A DNA stretch of 64,000 nucleotides from Eledone cirrhosa. Taxonomy: Eukaryota. The position numbers and the translations under genes are program-made. The stretch spans positions 93,682,001 to 93,746,000 of the forward strand of contig OZ024741.1 in the NCBI GenBank assembly GCA_964016885.1, in the 5' to 3' direction. The notes under the pieces are model-generated. The model was given only the letters and a program-made list of their open reading frames with translations. It ran no database searches and was not told where the DNA came from. This document shows, piece after piece, positions 53,305 to 64,000 of this stretch; the stretch's first letter is position 1; the number at the start of each line of letters is the position of its first letter.

Positions 53305-54345
53305 TAAAACCATATGCAACCTCAAGTTTGACGACATAGGGTGGCAACAGGCCACTTTACCTGTCAGGTATGGCGGTCTTGGCCTCCGGTCCCCGATATC
53401 ACTAGCTTTGCCGGCGTATCTTTCGTCGGTAACCTCGTGCCGCGTCCTCGTCAGCAGGGTTCTTCAAAACACAACAGAACCCTCTGTGTTAAGAGAATGT
53501 GAGGCTGCCTGTGAGACGTGGGACCGGCTTGGACGTCCCTCCTCCTTCTCCCCCTGTTGACGTCAAGTCCCCCCCCCCCCTCAACGCACTTGGGATGCCA
53601 TCCAGTGCAGCCTGGCCTCAGACAGGCTCACGCGCCAGCTCGACCAGCACCGCCTTGCTTGTTTTCGGGCGGCCTCCAAACCCCACAGTGGTGCCTGGCT
53701 CTATGCCCTGCCCTCCTTCTCCACTGGCACGCAGCTAGACAACCATAGCCTGCGCATTGGCGTTTCCCTGAGGCTCGGCCTCCGGATCTGCCAACCACAT
53801 CAATGTCGCTGCGGTTCCACCGTGGACTCTTTCGGCCTCTACCTGCTTTCCTGTCGCCACAATGCCGGCCGCATTCCACGCCATGCTGCCCTCAATGAGG
53901 TCATTAAGCATGGCTTGGACGCTGCAGGCTTCCCTTCTCAGCTCGAGCTGGTGGGGCTGGATCGAGGGGACGGCAAAAGGCCAGATGGCATGACCATCTT
54001 CCCGTTCCGCGGTGGCAAACCCCTCGTCTGGGATGCCACTTGCACCGGCACTTTCTGCAGCCTGGTGCAGTCTGCGACTGACCCAGGTTCTGCTGCACGT
54101 CGGGCTGTGGAGGCCAAACTCCTCAAATACCGGTCGCTCTGCGATAGGTTTGCGGTCGTACCCCTGGCAGTGGAGACTTCTGGTGTATCGGCCCCAGGGC
54201 TACCTCCTTACTTACCACCATAGGCGCTGAACTGGTCAGCCGCAGGTGTGAGCCCCGCGAGTTGGAGTGGTTTTTCCAGCGCGTCTCCCTTGCCGTCATC
54301 CGGAGAAACACCTTCTCCATTCTGTCCGCCGGGGTTGTGGGTGGG
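53305..54345 (+). mobile_element. 3' fragment of a CRE-like non-LTR element with restriction-like endonuclease
   Basis: ATLPVRYGGLGLR; CRC..LLSC; RHAALNEVI; GKRPDG..WDATC; PLAVETSG; FQRVSLAVIRRN. Confidence 0.85.
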
Positions 54346-54904
54346 TTCCATCGCGTATCATTTTTGTAAATATGACAACAGTTTATGATTTGATTTTATT
54401 GTTGTTATTGTTTTGAGATACGTTGAAGTAGCCAAGTTGTTAAAACGTCAGATTGAAAGTTTATGGAAAAAAACAAATCATATAACGTGCTTTAATCCAT
54501 TAAAATGTGAAGTATGTTTAAAGCTGTCGTATATATATATATATTTAAAAAAAAAAAACAAATTCAGATGATGGAATAGATTTAAAACATTACCTTCCAA
54601 TTCGTTGAAACAGCAGTCAAACCACACTAAGGATGAATATTTACAATAAAATGTTGAAAAAGATTAAAAAATTAGAAGTCTCGGTGGTTGAGTGGCATAA
54701 CTGTTGGTTATAATTGTATAACTGCCAATTTTAAATAGCAAAGACTGTTCAGCATTCAATCTCCTCGTGCCCCTGCCCCTAAGAATTGTTTCTTGCTTTG
54801 CTAACTAGAAGGTACAATGTAGAAGGCATCGCTGGGCATTGCACCACTCGACTCGCAAGGCCTAGCGTTGTGTGTTTGGTTATAGCTTGCATTCGCGCCG
54901 CTGG

Positions 54905-55695
54905 CCATTTCGACATTTTCAAAAATACGCATTTCATATATATAAAAAAATTGATATAAAAATCGATTTATGAAAAGTCGAAAAGAAATCTATATAAAAA
55001 GCATGCTTTTGAAAGTATCGAAAACACACTCGTCATATAGATTTTTTTTTTTTTTTTTTTTTTCACCGACACTTTCGAAAACTTTTCATAGATTTTTTTT
55101 TTTTTTTTTTTTTTTCCCGTCTTTCCTTCCTCTCTCTCTCTCTCGACACTTTCGAAAATACACATTTCATAAAGATTTTTTTCGACATTTCTCAAAATAC
55201 ACTTTTCATACAGATTTTCTTTCGATACTTTCAAAAACACATTTCACTTTTTTTCTTTCGGCATTTACAGAAACGGACATTTCATACACATTTTTTTTTT
55301 TTTTTTTTGACACTTTCAAAACACATTTGAAATAGACCCCCCCCCCCCCCCCCCCACCTCCGCATTTTTTTTTTTCTCGAACGTTTCAAAAATACGCATT
55401 TCATATAGATTTTCTTTTCGACAGTTTAATAGATTTAGATTTTTTATTTATTTAAAAAATTTTTTTTTTACCTTACACAAAACGCACTATTCATTGTTTT
55501 TCGACCTTTTAAACATTTCCAATAGATTTTTTTTTTTTTTTTTTTTTTTGACCGTTCTCAAAACACTTCATACAGATTTTTTTTAAATTTATTTTTATTT
55601 TTTTAATTTTTTTTACTTTTTACAAAACGCACTTTTCATATAGATCCCCCCCCCTCCCTCCGACCTTTCACAAAACACGCTCTTCGTATAGATTA
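54905..55695 (+). repeat. Degenerate minisatellite, unit about TTTCGACACTTTCAAAAACACATTTCATATAGA plus poly-T
   Basis: More than 15 imperfect units with variable T/C runs. Confidence 0.85.
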
Positions 55696-55699
55696 TCCA

Positions 55700-56060
55700 G
55701 AATTGATGGCAAGAGACCAGACGGTCTTACCATTTGTCCCTGGGTAAGGGGCAGATGTCTCATCTGGAACACCAGTCATTGACGCTTTTGCTCCCTCATA
55801 CATCATGGATGCTACAATAAATGAGGGTCACTGCTTTTCCATAGTCAAACTGAATAAAATCCGAAAATACCGGGAACTACCAATTATTTCTTCTAGCCTG
55901 TGGCCTTGAAACGTTTATTGGAGTTAGGCCGCTGACAGCGAAGTTCGTCATCGTTGGTGGCTCGCTTTACCGAGGTGTCAGGTGATGGCCGTGAGGGTGC
56001 CTGGTTGTTTCAGCACTTTAGCCCCGCCACCACCCGCAGTAACGCTGCGAGCGTGTTGGT
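55700..56060 (+). mobile_element. Degenerate CRE-like endonuclease fragment
   Basis: DGKRPDGLTICPWVRGRCLIWNT. Confidence 0.7.
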
Positions 56061-57487
56061 TTGTCTCAAATTTCCGTTGACCCTTGTAATGTGCGGCCAA
56101 TTGTCGCACTTGGTGAATTAATGGTCGTTTTTGTTTTGTTCCTTCTTTGCTTTCTCGCTTTGGTCGTATATTTTGGTGCGTTGTATTTGCAAGGTTTCTA
56201 GCAATTGTTGATTGCATTACGTGTTTGTTTAACGAAGGGTATAAATAGAAATTAGTTAGGATTTAACATAATTGTTAAATGAGGTAACATAATTATTAGA
56301 TGAAATAACAATAAGTATAAATGATTTGGTTTATGAGTTTACTTCACGTAAATCAATTAAAAGGTACAATAAACAAGTTACCATAAGTTGCAAAGATTGA
56401 CAATATTATTTTGTTGTTGATGTGAGGCTGTTGTAGTCAGTTGTTGGTGTGAAAACAGCGAGCGACAGATAATTGTTGTTGGAATTTGGAGTCCGTGGTA
56501 GTAGTTGTGAGACCTAGTTAGTAAGAGAGAGAGAGATATGGTTTGTATACCTCTGTTATGGTCTGTCGGAACTGTAAACTACCGTGGCCTGCAGACAGCG
56601 GTAAATCTTCCACATTTGTGTTCTGTAGTAATAGGGCTCCAATCGCTCTGGGTATTTCTGTAGACCACTGGGGTCTGTTGATAGCAGTGAATCCTTACAT
56701 AGTTAGTTGCTAGCGTAATACTCCGATGTATCTTGCCAAAGTAGGATGGTACAGGCTCTATATATAGCTGTCACTTCCTGTCTCCCACCTTGAGGGGACA
56801 GCCCACGCATGAACTTGATCACACCAAAAGGGTGTTGACCTAGAATTTGATCTTTAGGTGTCACTCAAGGTTCAAGGCGCGGATAGATTTCGCTACATTT
56901 GTGTTTATATTTTCATTGACAGAATTGTGAACAATTTGTAATGCTATTTTTACAACTGTGAATGAAATTTATATCAATATAAAAAAAAATGATTAACAAC
57001 ATAGTTGTAAATATTTTGATATAAATTTATCTGCTATATAACGTTGAGTAATTTTACGCGTACAATTTTTGTATTGGTGAGTTTTATTGAGTTAAAACAT
57101 TTGTCAGTGATACATAGGTGAATTGTTTTATTCTTTCCATTGACATATTGTGCCTAAGTAGACAATTAGGCAAATCCTTTCGAATCTAAAATCACATCTT
57201 TTACTTTTTTTCTCACTTTCAGATACAAGATTGCACTACGTTTTGTTCAACTGCTGCACACTAGGAGTTAAATACCTAGTTTCAAACGGGAAATTATTCT
57301 GAAATGGATTATACTTCGTGTTTAAATTCTAAATGAGCCACCACTATATTATGCTTCACTATAACGTTTTGAAGAATTGTATACATATTCCTTACACATG
57401 AAAATTAAAAATTAGTGGCTACATTATGTTCAAAAGTGTAAATGCTACATCGCTATTTTTGTTTCTTAAAGAATCTTGAGACATGGC

Positions 57488-57764
57488 CAGGGTTGGATTT
57501 AGACCTTGGGGGCATATCATACAAAACATTAGAATACACAGCAACCCCCCCCCCCTCCCTCCCAAATTTTACATATCATGGTTAGCTTGGCGCAAATAAG
57601 AATTGAAAAGTTATACATACAGGTATTAAAATTAAAAAATTCTAACCAGCCTAAAAGCCCAGCTGAGGGCACAAATAAATTGGTATGGCTGTTGCTGGTG
57701 CCTCTCACCACTGCAGGGGGCCCGGGGTAATTTCCCCCTTTGCACCCCCTTTAATCTGGCCCTG
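57488..57764. mobile_element. hAT-type MITE
   Basis: TIRs CAGGGTTGGATT / AATCTGGCCCTG; 8-bp TSD GACATGGC / TACATGGC (7 of 8 match). Confidence 0.8.
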
Positions 57765-57989
57765 TACATGGCAAACACTTTACGTCTAGAGCTTGGCAAT
57801 TATGGAAAAAATATAAGATGCAAAAAAATTGTTTATCAAAAACCAGCCTCATAGAAAATGCTGATGAACATTACAATGGCGGCATTAAAATTATCACCCC
57901 TTCTACTTCCACTACCACATACAAAATGCTACTAACCCCCTCTGCTCCCACCACACATACACATTTTCACTTTTAACTACAGCAGTGTT

Positions 57990-58302
57990 GTAGAAAGGAT
58001 AGTAAGGGAGATGCACTGGAAGAGCCATTCCAACTCGTAAGGCTCACACCTGCGGCTGGCTAACTCAGTGCCTATGGTAGTGAATAGAGAGGTAGCCCTC
58101 GGGCCAAGGACACCAGAAGTCTCCATTGCCAAGGGCACGACCGCGAACCTGTCAGAAAGCGACTGGTACTTCGAGAGTTTGGCCTCCATAGCCCGACGTG
58201 CAGCAGTACCTGGGTTAGTCGTAGACAGCACCAGGTTGTGGCTGGAGAAAGTGTCGCTGCAAGTGGAATCCCAGACGAGGGGTTTGCCACTGTGGAACGG
58301 GA
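57990..58302 (-). mobile_element. CRE-like endonuclease fragment
   Basis: Reverse complement of about 54000-54320; PLAMETSGVLGP. Confidence 0.85.
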
Positions 58303-60377
58303 TTCCTTCTGATCCTTTTCAATGGAACTTAGGCCAAATAATCGCTAATGGCTGTATTCAATGAAATGATCTTCATCATTTGTTGTTTATTACCGAAGAA
58401 ATAGTTAACCACATAATCTAATCTCGTTAAAATCTACTTAAAATTTATATATTAATTTCTAGAACTGTGATCTACTTTTAAAATTCAGATCAAATAAGTT
58501 CCATAATCTCAGGTCATCTTGAAACTGAAGTTCTTATAATTTGATGCCTAATTTTCAGACTAATTGTTTTTAAGAAGCAAATAAGACCAAAGAAACTTTT
58601 TAATACTTTCATGACACTTTTTTTTATAATCATTTGTTTAATGTTATATATTTTTCTAGCATTTGTTTAAAAAGATCTGTATTCTTTTATTTATTTATTT
58701 ATTTTTTCCCAACAGATTTGTTTCAACAGGAGGTCCAGAAACTGTGACAGGGAAATATCTATTGTGAAAATATTAGCAGGTGCCTGGGGAAACTCTCGCA
58801 CATGTTTTCCCCTAAAGCATATTTAACCAATGCTAATTTATGAGCACAGGCATTGTTGTGATTGAGATGTTTGCTTCATAACCACGTGGTTTTAGGTTTG
58901 ATCTGATTGCATGTTACCGTGTCCATTACGTGTCATTAGACTGTCAGGGCTATGGCACTAACTTTCAATAGTCTGCACCAATCTGCAAATATTAAACTTA
59001 ATCCTGTAGGAAAAAAATTGAACTCCAGAATACACCTCTGAAATGTGCTAGGAAAGTTTGGTGAATGTAGATGTTCCACAGAATAAGCAGATGTGAAATT
59101 TGAATCAATACTTCCAGCTTATATTGTAGTCTATTTGAAACTAAAAAAAAAAAATCATTAAACTAAATCATTTTGCTCAGAAATAAGTAAACTTGTGTAT
59201 TACAAACTTTCATTTCATGTGAATGTGTAAAGTTCTGGCAAAAATATGAATTTTGTTCTGTCAGCACTGATCTAATGAATGTAATCAAGTGTTCCAGTTA
59301 TGAAAATCCTATTTTTTTCTCTCTCAAACTTGGTGTATCCTGAACTGTTACATTTAGGGTAGGCTTTGATGCATGATGGAGATTAATGGCAGCCCTTATT
59401 AGTGCTTTAGATTGTCAGATGTGGCATGGTTGGGGATAAATGGTGGTCATTGTTAGGAAGAAATTGCTATGGCAGGATTCTGAATAATCTGGAATTGGGA
59501 GAAAAATCAATCTTTCTCACCGATTTATAACTTTGTCCAATGTGTGATCATAAAGATACAAGAGAAAGAGAGGGAAGATTTGATGAATGAAATTACTTTG
59601 TGTCCCCAAAGGTAGGGTATCTATTTTAAATGGACCCATTTTATAATGTCTTCACGTAGCTGTATTTAGTTTACAACACTGGGTCAAAGTTCACTAAAAG
59701 TGACTGCAGTTGGGGAAAACAAGCAGTTAAAATAGTTATACTTTGACAATTAATCATTTATTTCACCATCTGGAAATAACCAACATGAAAAAACTGCAGT
59801 CTGCTTCAATGTTACTGTTTAATTTAAATTGGTATGAGTTTTTTCTTTTTTAATTACCGAGTCTACAGTGGAATTATTTGTAACATTGGTAGATATTTCT
59901 GACTAGTTGCTACGAGTTAGTACTTCATAGTGAGTTGCAGGGTCTGAAAATGATGGGTGGTTTAAGTTATTTTCGTAATTGTTTTTCTGTTTTTCTGATG
60001 TTTTAAAAAGTTTTATGTGCAGATTGCTGTCTACTATAAAGTGAAAACTCTAGTTTGAAATTTTATTTCCCAGGAGTTAATTAAAAATCTGAATCTTTAT
60101 TATCAAAAAAATATACTTAATCTCTTTGTAGCATCAACTAATATAAGAGCAATGTATTATTGTCAACCAACTTTTTGTTCTGGATCACATGCCTTTTATA
60201 GTAATCAAGAGAAGTTTTTTTTATTAGTCCATTGGGACATTCAATTTAATTTCTGTACAGAAATGCATCTGTTGATCTAGGTTCAAATTTGGGACATAAA
60301 ATTCCATGACAGATTTTAAACACTAGATTAACACTACACTATGGACAACTAAACCCAATCAGAATTTCTGCATAGTT

Positions 60378-62720
60378 CTTCTTCGCCCACTTACTAGTGG
60401 GAGGGTCGTGGTGGCAGTCCTCAAACACTCCTTCCAGCAGGTCCTGTCAGAAGCAACCATCTCCAACTGATTTGGCTGGATCCCCAAGCATGACTAGTCA
60501 AGCTCATGGATGTTATCCAACTATCTTGCTTGGGGTCTACTCCTGGGTCTGTCAGTTGGTTTTGCCCATAAAATCTGTTCAATTCTTTCCTGACACATAC
60601 TAACCACATGCCCATAGTATCGGAGCTGTGATCTCTCAATTTGTAGAAGTAGCAGCTCTACCTGGAGTGACTCTCTGATCTCGGCTACACTGAGTGATGT
60701 TATTCCAAAGACCCATTGGAGGAACCCCATTTTGGCCACTTCTATTTGCGATTGTATTGTCATTTCCCAAGATTGATAACCATAGGTAAGGGTTGGCACG
60801 AATACTGAATTGAAGATAGAAAGTTTGGCTTTTACGCCTACCTCCCTTTTTCTGAATGCTGAAGCTGGCACATTACTGCACCAGCTCCTGCAATTCTTGC
60901 ACTTAAATCAGCCTCCTGTCTTCCATCACTTGTGAACACAGCCCCAAGATACTTGAACTTCTCTATCTGCTTCAGTGGAACTCCATTCACATGTAGTGCA
61001 CTGTGCAGGATTCCTTGAGGACAAGTGTTTCGGTTTTTGCAGCACTGATTTTCATTCCAGCACTCAGCATCAAACCTATCAAGTGCAAGTAGATTATCTT
61101 CTTTCGAGTTAAGTAACACCATGTCATCTGCAAACTCCAGCTGACAGGTTGTTATACCTGCCGGTCAGAATACCACATCCAACCCGGGTGTGCATGTCAA
61201 TCCTGTTCATGTAAATAATGAACAGGAAAAGTGACAGTAAACACTCTTGGCAGAGTCTGACCCCCACATTGAATGGTTTTGATTTAGCACCATTTATCCA
61301 AACACGAATACTTGGGCATTTGTATAGACATCAGAGCTGCAAGGAGCTGACCATCGAGCCCATACTCCTGCGGAACCTTCCACAGCAGGTCCCAAAGAAT
61401 GCGGTCATATGCCTTTTCAAAGTCAACAAAATATACATCTGAGCTCTTTAACTGCTCTTGTGATCTCAGCCTCTGAGAGATTAGTCACCGTCCCTAGATG
61501 CACCTCATGTACATCAGAAGATGCTGTTGTGGTCAGCTTTAAATCAAAGTATTCTCTCCACCTATTGAGGATACATCTCGCTGAAGAAAGAATGCCAGAC
61601 GTGTTCTTGACAGCAGGTGTGGAGGGAGGCAGCTTATTACGAAGTTGGCGGATGGTCTGTCCATTTTATTTGCTGATCTGAAGTTGGATTCCAGCTTAAC
61701 CCCAAAGTCCACTCATGTCTTAACTTTGGAAACCTTTGTCTCTGCTGCAATTCTTTGTGCCTGCTTGTACTGCAAGTTCAAGGACTTATTTCCAGGCCAA
61801 GCTTTGTAGGCTTCCTTCTTTGCTTCGATGGCATCTTTGACCTCTTGATTGAACCAAGGGGTTCTCGTGCCATTCGGCACCACATCAAGCCTCTTTTTGT
61901 CTGCAGTATTTAACAGCTGAAGCAGAAACTGCTGCGCTGAACTATCTCCACTCTGTCTCAACGTCCTCAGTTTTCTTAGGAAATTCTCTGAATTTGGATG
62001 CAATAGTATTTACATACTCCTGCAGGTCAACCTGGACCTGCCAGTTTTGTGGGCTTCCTTGGCTTTAGTTAGTCTCAAGTTTCAGATAACTTGATGGTGA
62101 TCGGTTGTCAGCTCAGCCCCTCTCTTAACACGAATATCCAGCACAGAATCAGATCGGAAACAATAACAAAATCAATCTGTCCATGATTCCTCTTATACCA
62201 TGTATATTTATGAATGTCACTGTGCTGGAAGATGTTCATAATAGTCCAGTAAGGTCTCTCTATTCCTTCCAATCACTCATTTCCATGTGAGGTAGTCAAT
62301 CCCAACATGTGCATTGAAGTCTCCCATCAGGATATGACTGTCATAACTACATCTAATGCTGCAGTGACTTCATCAAGGAAGGACCTGTATTCGGACTCCG
62401 TGTTTGTGAAGTTTATGCACCAGAGATCTTTCAGCATAAGCTTAAAGAGGCAAATCCTCCCTTATAATACTATCCAGTCGATAACACTTTTTGGACATCC
62501 GAGGGCTTGAGTATCCCCACTCCTGCCTGTCCAGTCATTTCTGGTTCTACACTTGAATAATGAAATTTCCCTCCAAATCTACAGTATCGGAACCATGGAA
62601 CGTTAAGGAAACCCTGACTACGTGTAACCGGTAGCATCTAGCCTCCCCCACTAGTTCCTGCTCCTTAACTGTAAGGGTTGTGATGTTCCAGGCTCCAACT
62701 GTTAAGGTTTTCTCCCCTCC
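60378..62720 (-). mobile_element. Degenerate RTE LINE with internal deletions
   Basis: TWNITTL start near 62690, TPWFNQEVK, FKYLG, LTYG, LRYYGHV. Confidence 0.88.
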
Positions 62721-63834
62721 TGTAATTTAATTATAATTTCAGTGCTCGAGCAATTAATTTTTCAGTCACCTGAACTTTAATTTCCTTAGTACACATCCAA
62801 TGTGCTGACATTATAGTGATTACTGTATGATAAAACTGAATGGTATTTCATCCATTTAACCATAGATATTAGGTTAGGTTAAAGCTACTGGATTGGACCT
62901 GATAATATCCAACCAGGTTTTGAGTTGTCCTATTCTGACACTTGTTGGGGATAAATGGTACCACTTAGTGCTTCAATTGATTGACAGCATATGTAGCCAA
63001 ACCGTCTGAGATGATACTGTTGAATGACTTGAGCGATGGGTTTGAAACTTTTTTCTGAATAGTCATAGTTCCGCATTTTAAGAATTTGACTGCAAAATGA
63101 CAAATGTAATTTCATTAAATAGTTCTCAACAATTTATGAAAAGAAATGATTCCTTTTTAATAATTTAGAAATAAATCTGTATTGGGATAAATAGTTTGAA
63201 GATATATGGTAAAATCCGGAATTTGAGGAACTGATAAAGGACTACATAAAGAATAGTAAAGGTATATTTAGAGTTGTGTAATAAACTTGGTTGCCAACTC
63301 TGGAATAGTTTTAAAGAGATTTTCTTTTATGCATTTTGTTGAATTTTCCCCAAACTATAGAAGTATATTTTTGAATTATTTAGATCAATCATTATTTAAC
63401 TTGGATGTATTATGGAGAATCTCGTGGATGAGTGCTGGAGGTGTTGGAGGGAAGATAGAAGTTAAGTCAGACATTGAATGAGTCTTGGTTGTCTCAGCCT
63501 CCACTCAAAGTTTGGCTTACTGCCAGCCAGCTTCACCAAAAATGATGTGGGTGAATTTTGCATGCCAACTAATTACAGCATTGAGTTAGGTGTTCTGATT
63601 AGTGTAAGGTTTGTGTAAGGTTTTTGCAAATCGCCTCTTCAACAGAAATAGGATTAGATAAAAATCAGGCATATTGTAGGCCAGCCTTACCAGGTTCTCT
63701 CAAGTAGTTTCTATTCACTGGGTGCTTTAGTTAGTGTGGCTAGGATCTACTGTATGGGTTGAAATCTGGGTCATATGATGTCTGTACAGTGGAGAACTAG
63801 CCTAGTCTCATGCCATCCTCATATGAGGGTTGGG

Positions 63835-64000
63835 AGTCCTGAATTTATGGACTAGCACTCTCCATCATGTCCTGTCTCTTGCCATTGCTGTACATTCCAC
63901 CAAACTCCTTCCTGTCCATTCCTTAATATCATCTGTCCATCTCTTTTTCTGCCGTCCCCTAGCCCTTTTCCATTATATTTGTCCCTCAAGGATGTGGGTT
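63835..64000 (-). mobile_element. LINE 3' ORF-end fragment running off the window
   Basis: ILEGQI..KRARGRQKKRWTDDIKEWTG..ARDR. Confidence 0.7.

Noticed and set aside
54905-55695. CRISPR-like repeat/spacer array
   Set aside because: Degenerate units separated by homopolymers, no unique spacers or cas genes, eukaryotic context

Overview
Gene-poor, AT-rich eukaryotic repeat DNA. The mix of (TA)n/(CA)n arrays, tRNA-derived SINEs, RTE LINEs and Penelope-like elements resembles an octopus/cephalopod genome (inference). No host protein-coding gene can be supported, and most short ORFs in the track are microsatellite artefacts. Contents: about ten RTE-clade LINE copies or fragments (one nearly full length, 21103-24513); several tRNA-derived SINEs whose tails match local LINE 3' ends; one nearly complete Penelope-like element (PLE, 36862-40631, minus strand) with an inverted pseudo-LTR, plus PLE remnants; a compact 4.15-kb Gypsy-like LTR element with a 5-bp TSD; CRE-like restriction-endonuclease LINE fragments; non-autonomous Helitron-like elements; and a hAT MITE. 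The most notable signal is about a dozen minimal type I hammerhead ribozyme motifs. Most lie in short non-coding, fold-back (palindromic) units inserted in (TA)n. Many have a self-complementary stem III and a shared mismatch at stem II position 4, and several are followed by candidate pseudoknotted 3' RNA tails. A PHD finger is also embedded inside the RT region of the local RTE family. All folds and alignments were made by eye and boundaries are approximate.
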